This document shows, one piece after another, positions 45,140-54,478 of a DNA stretch of 64,000 bases (the first letter of the stretch is position 1; every line of letters starts with the position of its first letter). Both the position numbers and the translations under genes were made by a program. The notes beneath the pieces are model-generated. The model saw nothing but the letters and a program-made list of their open reading frames with translations. It had not been told where the DNA came from and searched no databases. The DNA is from Candidatus Aquabacterium excrementipullorum (lineage in GTDB: Bacteria > Pseudomonadota > Gammaproteobacteria > Burkholderiales > Burkholderiaceae_C): the NCBI GenBank assembly GCA_019112875.1, contig DXIO01000014.1, forward strand, positions 69,301-133,300, read 5' to 3'.

Positions 45140-45937
45140 ATGTACCGAGACCCTTCCAGTGAACCGGTGACCCACCCGCGCGTCACAGGCGATGCGAGCG
45201 CCCCGCTCACCGTCCTGACCTTGAACCTGCACAAGGGCTTCACGGCCATGAACCGGCATTTCGTGCTGCCGGCGCTCAAGGCGGCTGTGCAGCAGTGCGA
45301 TGCCGACATCGTCTTCCTGCAGGAGGTGCTGGGCCAGCATGACACGCATGCGCAGCGCATTCGTGGCTGGCCCGCCCAATCGCAGTACGAATACCTGGCC
45401 GACAGCATCTGGCGCGATTTCGCCTACGGGCGCAACGCCGTCTACCCGCATGGCCACCATGGCAACGCAGTGCTGTCCAAATTTCCCATCGTGGCCTGGC
45501 GCAACCAGGACGTGTCAGTGCACACCATCGAGAAGCGGGGCCTGCTCCACGGCGAACTGGACTGGAAGACGCGCGGCAAGACGCTGCACGTGATCTGTGC
45601 CCACCTGGGCCTGCTGGAAAGCCAGCGCCAGGAACAGATCCGCCGACTGGTCAACCTGATCAACGATCAGGTGCCGCCCGATGCGCCGCTGATCATCGCG
45701 GGCGATCTGAACGACTGGCGCCAGCGCGGCCACCCGGCCCTGCTCAAGGCCGGCCTGCGCGAGGTGCACCACAGCCTGCGCGGCCGCCTGGCCAAGACCT
45801 TCCCGGCGCGCATGCCCGTGCTGCCGCTGGACCGCGTCTACGTCCGCAACCTGGAGCCCGTGTCCGTACGGGTGTTGTCGCAGGCGCCATGGAACCGCCT
45901 GTCCGATCACGCAGCCGTGCTGGCGGAGGTGGCCTGA
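45140..45937 (+). CDS. Endonuclease/exonuclease/phosphatase-family protein (YbhP-like)
   Basis: LTLNLHKG, DIVFLQEV, YGRNAVYPHGHHGNAVLSKFPI, AGDLNDW, LDRVY, LSDH. Confidence 0.9.
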   Translation: MYRDPSSEPVTHPRVTGDASAPLTVLTLNLHKGFTAMNRHFVLPALKAAVQQCDADIVFLQEVLGQHDTHAQRIRGWPAQSQYEYLADSIWRDFAYGRNAVYPHGHHGNAVLSKFPIVAWRNQDVSVHTIEKRGLLHGELDWKTRGKTLHVICAHLGLLESQRQEQIRRLVNLINDQVPPDAPLIIAGDLNDWRQRGHPALLKAGLREVHHSLRGRLAKTFPARMPVLPLDRVYVRNLEPVSVRVLSQAPWNRLSDHAAVLAEVA

Positions 45938-46005
45938 TGTGCAAGGGAGCTTGTCAAAACCTGTGCGGGCCAGGCCCGAACGCCGTGGCCGTGGCCGTGG
46001 GCCTG

Positions 46006-46737
46006 TCAGGGCCGCAACAGCGAGGCGCCGATGTTCACCGTCAGTGCCAGCAAGGTGGTGTTGAACAGGAAGGACACCATGCCATGCAGCAGCACCAGCC
46101 CTCGCATGCGTGTGGTGGCCACGCCCACGTCGGAGGTCTGCGAGGTGGCGCCGATGGTGAAGGAAAAGTACAGAAAATCCAGATACACCGGCGTCTGCCG
46201 GCCGGGGAAATCCAGCGGGGCGCCGTGGCTGTTGTGCCGGCCGTGCGCGATCAGGTAATAGCGGTGGGCGTAGTGCAGCGCGAAGGCGGTGTGGATCAGC
46301 AGCCAGGCCGTGGCGATGCTGGCACCGGCCAGTGCCATGACCGGCCCATCGGGGTGGCTGCCGTTGCGGGCACCGCCGCCAGCCAGTTCCATCACCACGG
46401 CGCCGATGCTGGCGCCGGCGGCCAGCACGATCAGCAGCAGGATCACGCCGGCGCCTTCATCCTCATGCCGGGCGCGCTGCTCGATCGAACCGTCGTCGGC
46501 GGTGAGCATCAGGGCCACGCCCTGCAGCAGGTAGACCAGGCCGAAGGCGCACCAGGCCGTCAGCAGGCGGTTCACGCTGTCGGTGTGGCTTGGCAGAGCG
46601 CACCAGATGGCGCTGGCCAGGGCCACCGAGAGCCACAGCCGGCGGCGGGTCCACAGTAGGCGGCCCGCGGCATGACCGGACAGCCAGCGCGGCGTGGGAG
46701 TGTAGGAATGGAAGAGCTTGCGAATCGTGGTCTTCAT
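46006..46737 (-). CDS. DUF1345-family membrane protein
   Basis: ARHEDEG, HTAFALHYAHRYY, FPG...YLDFLYFSFTIGATSQTSDV, HGMVSFLFNT. Confidence 0.88.
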   Translation of the reverse strand: MKTTIRKLFHSYTPTPRWLSGHAAGRLLWTRRRLWLSVALASAIWCALPSHTDSVNRLLTAWCAFGLVYLLQGVALMLTADDGSIEQRARHEDEGAGVILLLIVLAAGASIGAVVMELAGGGARNGSHPDGPVMALAGASIATAWLLIHTAFALHYAHRYYLIAHGRHNSHGAPLDFPGRQTPVYLDFLYFSFTIGATSQTSDVGVATTRMRGLVLLHGMVSFLFNTTLLALTVNIGASLLRP

Positions 46738-47628
46738 GCCGCTGAGCCGGTGCAGGACGTGCAGGCCGAACGCCTGCCTCAGCCCTCAGTATGGATCGTT
46801 CTGCGCGATGCGGCGCTGGCCTGGATCGATCACCGCAACATTGGCACCGCCGCCGCGCTGGCCTACTACGCGGCCTTCTCGCTGGCGCCGGTGCTGGTGA
46901 TCGCGGTGACGCTGTCGGGCGTGTTCTACGGTCGAGCCAGCGTGGAAGGCCATGTGGTGGCGCAGTTCCAGGACCTTCTGGGCAGCTCGGGGGCCGAACT
47001 GCTGCAGAAGATGATCCAGGCCAGCTATCTGTCGCCCAAGAGCTGGCAGGCAGGCCTGATCGGTTTCGTGGGCATCCTGGTGGGGGCCACCGCCCTGTTC
47101 GGTGAACTGTCGGCGGCCTTTGGGCGCATCTTCGGCACGCAGCGCACCTACCGCTATGCCTGGCTCAGCGCCGTGATGGAGCGCCTGAAGGGCCTGACAC
47201 TGGTGGTGGGCATCGGCTTCTTGCTGGTGGCGTCCTTGCTGGCGAGCGCCGGCCTGGTGGCGGTGGGCGAATGGGTGGCCCGCTGGTCACGGGCCGAGGC
47301 GGTGCTGCTGAGCCTGCTGCAGGCCGGCGTGTCGCTGCTGATGCTGTCGCTGCTGTTCGGGATGATGCTGCGGCTGATGGCGCCCGTGAAGCTCAAGCCT
47401 CTGACGGTGGCGGCCGGTGCGCTGACCACCTCGGTGCTCTTCGAGTTGGGCAAGTGGGCGCTGGGCCTGTACCTGGGGCAGGGCGTGGTCGGTTCGGTGT
47501 TCGGTGCGGCCGGCACGCTGGCCGTGCTGCTGGTGTGGCTGAACTATGTGTCGATGGTGATCCTGTTCGGCGTGGAGATCACCTACCAGCTCTACCGCTA
47601 CCAGGACAAGCTGGTGCACGGGCATTGA
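46708..47628 (+). CDS. YihY/BrkB-family inner membrane protein
   Basis: AAALAYYAAFSLAP, GALTTSVLFELGK, YGAAG-like FGAAGTLAVLLVWLNY; GGGAG RBS before ATG 46708. Confidence 0.88.
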   Translation: MEELANRGLHAAEPVQDVQAERLPQPSVWIVLRDAALAWIDHRNIGTAAALAYYAAFSLAPVLVIAVTLSGVFYGRASVEGHVVAQFQDLLGSSGAELLQKMIQASYLSPKSWQAGLIGFVGILVGATALFGELSAAFGRIFGTQRTYRYAWLSAVMERLKGLTLVVGIGFLLVASLLASAGLVAVGEWVARWSRAEAVLLSLLQAGVSLLMLSLLFGMMLRLMAPVKLKPLTVAAGALTTSVLFELGKWALGLYLGQGVVGSVFGAAGTLAVLLVWLNYVSMVILFGVEITYQLYRYQDKLVHGH

Positions 47629-47719
47629 GCTCTGGGCCACTACGCCATCATGGGAGCAGGCGTTAGCGCTGGTCGCTGAGCTCGCCTGATGCCGCCGGTC
47701 GTGACAGCCAGGGATGGCA

Positions 47720-47737
47720 TGTCAGTCCATGCTGACG
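47720..47737. promoter_or_regulatory. Palindromic box upstream of the GSP26-AsmA operon
   Basis: TGTCAG-TCCATG-CTGACG; -10-like CAATCT (47782-47787) 45 nt away. Confidence 0.75.
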
Positions 47738-47821
47738 CGCACACGCGCCATGCGCTGATGGCAACGCCGCCCCGACTGGCGCAATCTGGCCCCATCTTTT
47801 TTCCATACCCCAGGAGATGCC

Positions 47822-48319
47822 ATGAAAGTGCATGACCAGACCCATCCCGCCATGAAGAAGGTCGCGGACCTGATCGAGGACATGTCCGTGTGCATGATCA
47901 CCGCCGTTGATGACCATCACCTGGCGAGCCGCCCGATGAGCCCGATCCTGCTGGACAAGGACGGCGCCCTGTGGTTCCTGACCAGTGCCTCTGCCATGCA
48001 GGGCGTGCGCCTCGAATCCCTCACGGCCGCCTTCTCGAAAGAATCCGATGCCAGCTATGTGTCGATGGAAGGCAGCGCCTACCTGATCGACGACACCCCC
48101 ACGAAGGAGCACCTGTGGTCGTCCTTCGCCAAGCCCTGGTTCCCCGATGGCCCCGAAAGCCCTGATCTGCGCGCCCTGAAGTTCGTGCCGCGCAGCGTGG
48201 ACTACTGGGATTCGCCGTCGAGCAAGGTGGTGCGCCTGTTCGCCATCGCCGCCTCGGTGATCGCCGGCAAGCCGGTGGGTCTGGGCGAACACGAGCACCT
48301 GGCCCTGGGCGGACGATGA
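47822..48319 (+). CDS. General stress protein 26 / pyridoxamine 5'-phosphate oxidase-like protein
   Basis: SRPMS, LWFLT, YVSMEG, WFPDGPESP, DYWDSPSS; AGGAG RBS. Confidence 0.88.
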   Translation: MKVHDQTHPAMKKVADLIEDMSVCMITAVDDHHLASRPMSPILLDKDGALWFLTSASAMQGVRLESLTAAFSKESDASYVSMEGSAYLIDDTPTKEHLWSSFAKPWFPDGPESPDLRALKFVPRSVDYWDSPSSKVVRLFAIAASVIAGKPVGLGEHEHLALGGR

Positions 48320-50406
48320 GTGCGCAGCCGGCCCGTGTGCCGCCCAACGAGCCGGCCTCCGTGGCCGAGGAACTGACATCGCCGCCACCCGCAGCCCCGC
48401 CCCCTCGTCGGCGCCGTCTGCGCGCGGCTTGGTGGGTGCCGGGTTTGCTGGTGGTGGCCGTGGTGGGTGGTGTCGCCTACGGCGAATACCGCGCATGGCC
48501 TTGGCTGTCCGCACCGGCCGAACGATTCCTGTCGAATTCCCTGCACCGTCAGGTGAGTTTCGGCGAGGCGCCAAGCCAGGCCCAGGCGCGCGTTCGCCTG
48601 CTGGGCGGCATCCGCATCTGGGCCGATCAGTTGCGCATTGGATCGCCCGAATGGAGCAAGGCGCCCTTCATGGTGATGGCCGATGGGGCCTACCTGCAGC
48701 TGGCCTACCATGACCTGTGGCGTGCGTACCGTGGCAAGCCGGTGCTGGTCGAGCAATTGCGCGCGCGCCAGCTCACGGCCTGGCTGGAACGCACGGCCGA
48801 CAACCGTGCCTCGTGGCAATTCGGCCCACCGAGGCAGGAAAAGCCCGAAGCCAAATCCCTGCTGGACGGCCTGCACTTCGATGTGCTGGAACTGGCGCAA
48901 GGGCAGATCAACTACAAGGATGCACCGCTCGCCCTGGATTCGCGCACCGAGGTGTCTCTCAGCGTGCGCGACGCCCGCCGGGCTGGCCCTCTCAAGGATG
49001 GTGAGGTACCGGAAGGCGTGCGCGCCAGGAGCCAGGGCAGTTACCAGCGCTTTCCGCTGCGTGCTGCGCTCACTTCCGGGCAACTGGCGCCTTGGCTGCT
49101 GGGGGGCGAGGGACGCATGGCCTGGCCGATCGACTTCCACCTCAACGTGGGGCAGGCACGGGTGGACTTCACCGGCTCGGTGGACCAGTTGAGCGCCGAG
49201 GCCGATGTGCTGGGCAACTTCCAGGCGAAGGGCCCCTCCCTCGCGGCCATGGGTGAGCCCCTGGGCGTGACCCTGCCCACCACCGGCGCCTTCGCCATGC
49301 GTGGTGCCGTGCGGCACCAGGGGCTGCGCACCTCCGTGGTCGTGAAGGGCGCGGAAATCGGATCGAGCCGTCTGCGGGGCGAGTTCGTCTACGACCGCCG
49401 GCCGGAGGTGCCCATGCTCGCCGGGCGGCTGGGCGGTACCCGCCTGGCGCTGGCCGATCTGGGCCCGGCCATCGGCGTGCCCACCAGTGGTCAGCCCGCC
49501 TCCAGCCGCAAGGAGGACGCACGCGTGCTGCCCGATCGCCATTTCGATCTGCCCTCGCTGGCCATGATGAACGCCAACGTGCTGATCGACATTGCCCAGC
49601 TGGACCTGAGTTCCGAGGTGCTTGAGCCCTTGCAGCCCCTCAAGGGCCACCTGGTGCTCGATTCCTCCGTGCTGACCATCAGCGACCTGCAGGCCCGCAC
49701 GGCGCAGGGCGAACTCACGGGCCGCCTGGCCCTGGACGGCACCCAAAAGAACAAGGCCTTGTGGAACGCTGACCTGGCGGTCAACAACGTGGTGATCGAG
49801 AACTGGATCAAGGCGCTCAAGCCCGAGGGGCGAGCGCCTTACCTGACCGGCCGCGTCACCGGCCGGGCCATGGTGAAGGGCGAAGGCCAGTCCACCGCCG
49901 CCATCCTGGGCTCGCTGACCGGGCCGGTGCAGGTGCGCCTGCGTGACGGCACGATCTCGCACCTGGCCGTGGAAGGCGCGGGCATCGACGTGGCGCAGGT
50001 GCTGGGTGTGCTGATCCGCGGCGACGATTCCCTGGCCGTGCCTTGCGCGCGGGCCGACATCAAGGCCTTCAACGGCACGCTCACACCGGAACTGTTCGTC
50101 ATCAACACCAAGGATTCCAGCGTGTGGGTGCAGGGCTCGCTGTCGCTCAAGGATGAGCGCATGGCCCTGCAGGCGCGCGTGGCACCCAAGGACTTCAGCG
50201 TGCTGACGCTGCGCACCCCGGTGCAGGTCAACGGCCCGTTGAACGATCCGCACGTGTCCATCAAGGCTTCGGCCTTGTTGCCGCGCGTGGCCGGGGCCGT
50301 GGCGCTTGGATTCCTGAATCCGGTGGCCGCGATCGTGCCGCTGATCGACCCGGGCAACAAGGACATCGCACGTCAGGCCGACCAGGCCTGCGACGCGGGC
50401 CAATGA
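48316..50406 (+). CDS. AsmA-family protein (YhjG-like)
   Basis: N-terminal TM, repeating beta segments, LADLGPAIG, C-terminal LRTPVQVNGP...NPVAAIVPLIDPG; ATGA overlap with the upstream gene. Confidence 0.85.
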   Translation: MSAQPARVPPNEPASVAEELTSPPPAAPPPRRRRLRAAWWVPGLLVVAVVGGVAYGEYRAWPWLSAPAERFLSNSLHRQVSFGEAPSQAQARVRLLGGIRIWADQLRIGSPEWSKAPFMVMADGAYLQLAYHDLWRAYRGKPVLVEQLRARQLTAWLERTADNRASWQFGPPRQEKPEAKSLLDGLHFDVLELAQGQINYKDAPLALDSRTEVSLSVRDARRAGPLKDGEVPEGVRARSQGSYQRFPLRAALTSGQLAPWLLGGEGRMAWPIDFHLNVGQARVDFTGSVDQLSAEADVLGNFQAKGPSLAAMGEPLGVTLPTTGAFAMRGAVRHQGLRTSVVVKGAEIGSSRLRGEFVYDRRPEVPMLAGRLGGTRLALADLGPAIGVPTSGQPASSRKEDARVLPDRHFDLPSLAMMNANVLIDIAQLDLSSEVLEPLQPLKGHLVLDSSVLTISDLQARTAQGELTGRLALDGTQKNKALWNADLAVNNVVIENWIKALKPEGRAPYLTGRVTGRAMVKGEGQSTAAILGSLTGPVQVRLRDGTISHLAVEGAGIDVAQVLGVLIRGDDSLAVPCARADIKAFNGTLTPELFVINTKDSSVWVQGSLSLKDERMALQARVAPKDFSVLTLRTPVQVNGPLNDPHVSIKASALLPRVAGAVALGFLNPVAAIVPLIDPGNKDIARQADQACDAGQ

Positions 50407-50433
50407 AAAGGCCGCCCAACCGGGCGGCCTTTT
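50406..50433. terminator. Perfect bidirectional intrinsic terminator
   Basis: AAAAGGCCGCCC-AACC-GGGCGGCCTTTT. Confidence 0.9.
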
Positions 50434-50473
50434 CATTTCTTCTTTCCTCGTCCTCGTCCTTGCCCGGCGCCCT

Positions 50474-50818
50474 TCAGGCCGTGTGCACGCGCATCAGCGG
50501 GGTCAGCACACCGTTGATGCGGGTGCGCACTTCCAGCCAGGGGTGCTTGCGATGGGCAAGGTGGCGACGCACCGCCTCGGCGGCGGCATGCATCAGGCCG
50601 CGGCGGGTGGGCTGGCCGCCGCGGCACAGGCCGCGCGGGATCACCAGGGCGATTTCCTGCGGCCGCTGGGGGCGATCGGCCACGGCCAGCATGCAGGGCA
50701 CCACCACCACCTTGTGATTGGCCAGGCTCACTTCCACATCATGGGTCTGTTCGTGGGGCTCCTCGGTATCGTCGGCGCTCAGGACATCGTCCAGCTCCTT
50801 GATGGTCACGATCTTCAT
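50474..50818 (-). CDS. Hypothetical protein (~114 aa)
   Basis: MKIVTIKELDDVL...; GAGG RBS; preceded by a palindromic box and -10-like TAGCAT. Confidence 0.6.
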   Translation of the reverse strand: MKIVTIKELDDVLSADDTEEPHEQTHDVEVSLANHKVVVVPCMLAVADRPQRPQEIALVIPRGLCRGGQPTRRGLMHAAAEAVRRHLAHRKHPWLEVRTRINGVLTPLMRVHTA

Positions 50819-50913
50819 GGCTTGTACCTCGTTATCGTTGTCGCGCTCTTTCAGCATGGGTCTCATGCTAGGCAGAGGCATGGAGCGCGTCTGTCGTCAA
50901 GGACTGTTTGCCA

Positions 50914-50992
50914 TGTAGGCATGGACCGACCCTGCTCGAGGGGTGCGGGGCATGGACTTTTCGGTCAACCAAGGCGTCGGCTCCGGCTGACA
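50914..50992. promoter_or_regulatory. Two palindromic boxes between the divergent hypothetical and DUF1328 genes
   Basis: TGTAGG-CATGGA-CCGACC 50914 and CGTCGG-CTCCGG-CTGACA 50975; -10-like TAGCAT (minus, 50865-50870) 44 nt from 50914. Confidence 0.75.
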
Positions 50993-51113
50993 CGGGGATC
51001 AGCCGCTGCTGGCGCTGGCCGGCGTTGGTCGCCGACTGCCGCGGTGCCTGGTGGGCGGCAGCATCCTTGCATGGCCGCCGGTCTTCGTGGCGACCCCAAG
51101 AAAGGACCTGATC

Positions 51114-51290
51114 ATGTTGAAATGGGCTCTGATATTCGCGCTGATCGCCGTCGTGGCCGGTCTGCTGGGCTTCACGGGCGTGGCGGCGGGCGCAGCCTCG
51201 ATCGCCAAGGTGCTGTTCGGGATCTTCCTGGTGCTGGCCCTGGTCGTGCTGCTACTGGGCGTTCTTGGCGTCAAGGCGTTCAGCCGCTGA
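51114..51290 (+). CDS. DUF1328 (YtjA-like) small membrane protein
   Basis: [38 protein letters not shown]; AAGGA RBS. Confidence 0.9.
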   Translation: MLKWALIFALIAVVAGLLGFTGVAAGAASIAKVLFGIFLVLALVVLLLGVLGVKAFSR

Positions 51291-51941
51291 CGATGCCGCC
51301 GCCGCTGCGGCCGCCCGCCGGGTGGGCAGCAGCGGCACCTCGCGGGACACGATGCCCGCGAGATCCTTCATCAAACCGGCCATGGCGTCGGTCTGGGCAG
51401 CGGCTCCCGAGCCGCTGCCCTTGCTTTGCAGAGGCTGGCTGCTGGTGCGAAGCACCTGGCCATCTTCACCCAGCAAGGTCCACTGTGCCCAGGCCGTGAG
51501 GTTCTGCGAAGCACGGTCGTAATCCAGGGGCGAGAGGCTCACCAGCAGCCGTACGGGCCGGCGCGACGCGCCTTCGCAGCGCAGCGGGCACAGCTGCCAC
51601 GGCGTCGGCAGCGCATGTTCCAGCTCAATGGACAGGTTGCGCGTGAGCCCCACCTCCACGCGTTCAGCCCACACCGTGTCCTCCCAGGATTTGAGTTCGC
51701 TGCCCTCGCGGTAACGCACCGAGCGCGATTGCCAGTATTCCGGAATGTCCAGCCGGCCCAGCTGCAGCCAGCGCGTGCCGGCATTGCCAGCGCTGGCGGA
51801 GGCCTGCGGCAGGGAAGGCGTGGGCAGCGCGAGCACGGTCTGGGGCGGCGGGCTGCTCGCGCAGCCAGCAAGCAGTGCGGCCAGCGTGAGTGTCAAGGTG
51901 CCGGCCCAGCAGGCGGGGCGGGTGATCTGGCGGATGGGCAT
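51252..51941 (-). CDS. PqiC-like ABC-transport auxiliary lipoprotein
   Basis: Lipobox LLAGC, IPEYW, WAERV; last gene of the MCE operon. Confidence 0.78.
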   Translation of the reverse strand: MPIRQITRPACWAGTLTLTLAALLAGCASSPPPQTVLALPTPSLPQASASAGNAGTRWLQLGRLDIPEYWQSRSVRYREGSELKSWEDTVWAERVEVGLTRNLSIELEHALPTPWQLCPLRCEGASRRPVRLLVSLSPLDYDRASQNLTAWAQWTLLGEDGQVLRTSSQPLQSKGSGSGAAAQTDAMAGLMKDLAGIVSREVPLLPTRRAAAAAAASSAAERLDAKNAQ

Positions 51942-51952
51942 GGGGTGTCTCC

Positions 51953-52912
51953 TCAGCGGCGCCCGAAGATCAGGGCGTTGGGCTGGTTCTCCAGCAGTTC
52001 GGCCACCTGGCGCAGGCTGCGCGCCGTCAGCGACAGATCGCGCAGGGTGGATTCCAGGTCTTCACGCGGGGCAGAGCCCGGCGCCGACAGTTCGGCGAAG
52101 GATTGCATGCTCACCTCGACAGAGCGCGCGGCGTCCCGGGCGGATGCCAGGGTGAGCGCCACGTCTGGCTGGGTGGCTGCCACCAGGTTGTTGGTCGTGT
52201 CCGACAGGCGCTGCACGGATTGCAGCGTGCCATTGGCCTGCTGTCCCACCGATTGCAGCGTGCGGTCGGTGTTGCGCATGATCTCCTGCGCGGCCAGCGA
52301 GGCCTGGCGCCAGTCTTCACCGGCCTGCTTCATCACTTTCTGCGCGGCCACGGAGGTCTGCTGCAGTTCACCCAGCGTGCGGCGCAGGTCGCCCACCGTG
52401 TCCTTGAGCGGCAGCTCGCTGATTTGGGCCACCAGGTCGTCGAACGCCCCCTTGACCACGGGAATCTCCACGCTGCGGCTTTCCGGATCGCCATGCAGGG
52501 CCAGCGGTGACTTGGGATCGAAATCCAGGTCGATCAGGGCCTGGCCCGTGACCAGGCTCTGCTGCGCCAGCCGGGCTCGCAGGCCGCGCTGCACCAGCTG
52601 GCGAAGGTCCATGTTGTCCTGGCCTCCGCTCATCTGCAGCAGCTTGGAGGTGATGAACAGTTGCACCGGCACGCGTGTGACCAAGTTGTTCGGATCGACC
52701 TCGATGCCGATGGCGTCCACCTGGCCGATGGGCACGCCCCGGAAGGTGACGGGGGCGCCCACGTACAGGCCCTTGACGCTGTTGGTGAAGTAGACGACCG
52801 CGCGCACGCGCTGTTCGAACAGGCGGTTGCCGCCCAGGAAGGTGATGGCCGCGGCCGCCAGGGCCAGCGCCGTCAGCACGAACAGGCCGATCAGCAGGGC
52901 ATTGCGTTTCAT
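51953..52912 (-). CDS. MCE-domain (MlaD-family) protein with helical C-terminus
   Basis: N-terminal TM, YFTNSVKGLYVGAPVTFRGVPIGQV, GLRARLAQQSLVTG, LENQPNALIFGR. Confidence 0.9.
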   Translation of the reverse strand: MKRNALLIGLFVLTALALAAAAITFLGGNRLFEQRVRAVVYFTNSVKGLYVGAPVTFRGVPIGQVDAIGIEVDPNNLVTRVPVQLFITSKLLQMSGGQDNMDLRQLVQRGLRARLAQQSLVTGQALIDLDFDPKSPLALHGDPESRSVEIPVVKGAFDDLVAQISELPLKDTVGDLRRTLGELQQTSVAAQKVMKQAGEDWRQASLAAQEIMRNTDRTLQSVGQQANGTLQSVQRLSDTTNNLVAATQPDVALTLASARDAARSVEVSMQSFAELSAPGSAPREDLESTLRDLSLTARSLRQVAELLENQPNALIFGRR

Positions 52913-53664
52913 GACGAAGGCTCCTGTCGCGCCAGGAAGGCGCGCACGGTGGGATGGGTGTCGGTGGCGCTTTTGAGATCAGCGGGTTTGCCGCGCGCGA
53001 TGGGGCGCTTGCTCTCGGCGTCCAGGAAGATGCCGTCGTCGGCGATGGACAGCAGGCTTTCGAGCTCGTGGCTCACGATCAGCACGGCGGCACCGGTGCG
53101 GTCGCGCAGGTCGGTGATGAGCTTGTCCAGCCGCACGGAACTGATCGGGTCCAGACCGGCGGAGGGCTCGTCGAAGAACAGGAAATCGGGCTCGCCGGCG
53201 ATGGCGCGGGCCAGGCCGGCGCGCTTCTTCATGCCGCCGCTGAGGTCAGAGGGGCGCTTGTCGGCAGCGTCTTCCATGCCCACCCATGAGAGCAGCTCCA
53301 GCGCGCGGTCGCGGCGTTCGGCCTTGGCCATGTCGGGCGATTTGAGCTCCAGCGGCACGATCACGTTGTCGAGCACGCTCATCGAGGTCCACAGCGCGGC
53401 ACTCTGGAACAGCACGCCGAAGCGCTGGCGGATCTGGCGCTGCTGCGCTTCGTTCGCGGCCCAGTAGTCCTCGTCGTCGATCAGCACCTGGCCTTCGTAA
53501 GGGCACAGCAGGCCGATCATGTGCTTGAGCAGGGTGCTCTTGCCGCAGCCACTGCCGCCCATGATGGCGAACACGGTGCCCGATTCCACCGAGAAGTCGA
53601 TGCCTTCCTGGATCAGCCTGTCGCCGAAGCGCATCGTGAGGTTCTTGACGTCCAGGCGGCTCAT
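52909..53664 (-). CDS. ABC transporter ATPase (MlaF-like)
   Basis: GGSGCGKST, LSGGMKKRAGLARA, FFDEPSAGLDP, VSHEL. Confidence 0.92.
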   Translation of the reverse strand: MSRLDVKNLTMRFGDRLIQEGIDFSVESGTVFAIMGGSGCGKSTLLKHMIGLLCPYEGQVLIDDEDYWAANEAQQRQIRQRFGVLFQSAALWTSMSVLDNVIVPLELKSPDMAKAERRDRALELLSWVGMEDAADKRPSDLSGGMKKRAGLARAIAGEPDFLFFDEPSAGLDPISSVRLDKLITDLRDRTGAAVLIVSHELESLLSIADDGIFLDAESKRPIARGKPADLKSATDTHPTVRAFLARQEPSS

Positions 53665-53668
53665 GGGC

Positions 53669-54469
53669 TCAGATGTCCAGTGCGTTGGCGCACACGGCGA
53701 AGATGGCGTCCAGCGCGATCACGCCCACGATGCCGGCCACCACGGCCTTGGTGGTGGCGCGGCCCACGCCAGCGGCGTCCCGGCTGGCTGTCATGCCGGC
53801 GTAGCAGCCGCCGATGGCGATCAGCACGCCGAAGACGACCGTCTTGCTCATGCCCAGGCCCACGTAGCTCAGCGGGCTGGCCAGCAGCGCACGGTCGAAA
53901 TAGGCCTGGGGGTTCAGATCGAGCATGGTGGTGCCCACGGCCATGCCGCCCAGCAGCGCGGCCACGCACCCGTACACGTAGAGCAAGGGCATCATCACCA
54001 GCAGGGCCAGCACGCGCGGCAGCACCAGGTAGCCGATGGGGTCGAGCCCGAGCACGCGCAGCGCGTCGATCTCTTCATTGGCCTGCATGGTGGCCAACTC
54101 GGCGGCGAAGGAGGCCGCGGTGCGCCCGGAGATCACCACGGCCGTGATGACGGCGGCCATCTCGCGCGTGACGGCGATGCTGACCAGGTCGGCCACGTAG
54201 ATGCCCGCGCCGAACTTCACCAGCTGCACCGCCCCCACGAAGGCCAGGATGGCCCCCACCAGCGCGTTGACCACCAGCACGATGGGCAGGGCCTGGGCGC
54301 TGGCCTCGTTGAGCACCCTGAGCAGGTCGGGCCGGCGAAACTGCCAGCCCTTGAGCGCCCGGCCACTGGCCAGCAGCACCTCTCCCAGGAAGGCCACGGG
54401 CAGCAGCCACGCGCTCAGGCGTGACTGCAGGCGAAGCTTGGTGGAAGAAGGGGCCGCCGGTTTGGGCAT
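53669..54469 (-). CDS. MlaE-family permease
   Basis: REMAAVITAVVISGRTAASFAAELATMQANEEIDALRVLGLDP, VLPR, GVGRATT. Confidence 0.92.
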   Translation of the reverse strand: MPKPAAPSSTKLRLQSRLSAWLLPVAFLGEVLLASGRALKGWQFRRPDLLRVLNEASAQALPIVLVVNALVGAILAFVGAVQLVKFGAGIYVADLVSIAVTREMAAVITAVVISGRTAASFAAELATMQANEEIDALRVLGLDPIGYLVLPRVLALLVMMPLLYVYGCVAALLGGMAVGTTMLDLNPQAYFDRALLASPLSYVGLGMSKTVVFGVLIAIGGCYAGMTASRDAAGVGRATTKAVVAGIVGVIALDAIFAVCANALDI

Positions 54470-54478
54470 GGCCCTATT

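Noticed and set aside
46699-46706. CCTACACT on the minus strand as an RpoS-type -10
   Set aside because: It lies inside the DUF1345 coding start (codons TAC ACT), has no box 45 nt upstream and no suitable start codon downstream
51252-51290. 39-bp convergent overlap of DUF1328 and PqiC-like genes
   Set aside because: Short tail overlaps are common in GC-rich genomes; no further signal
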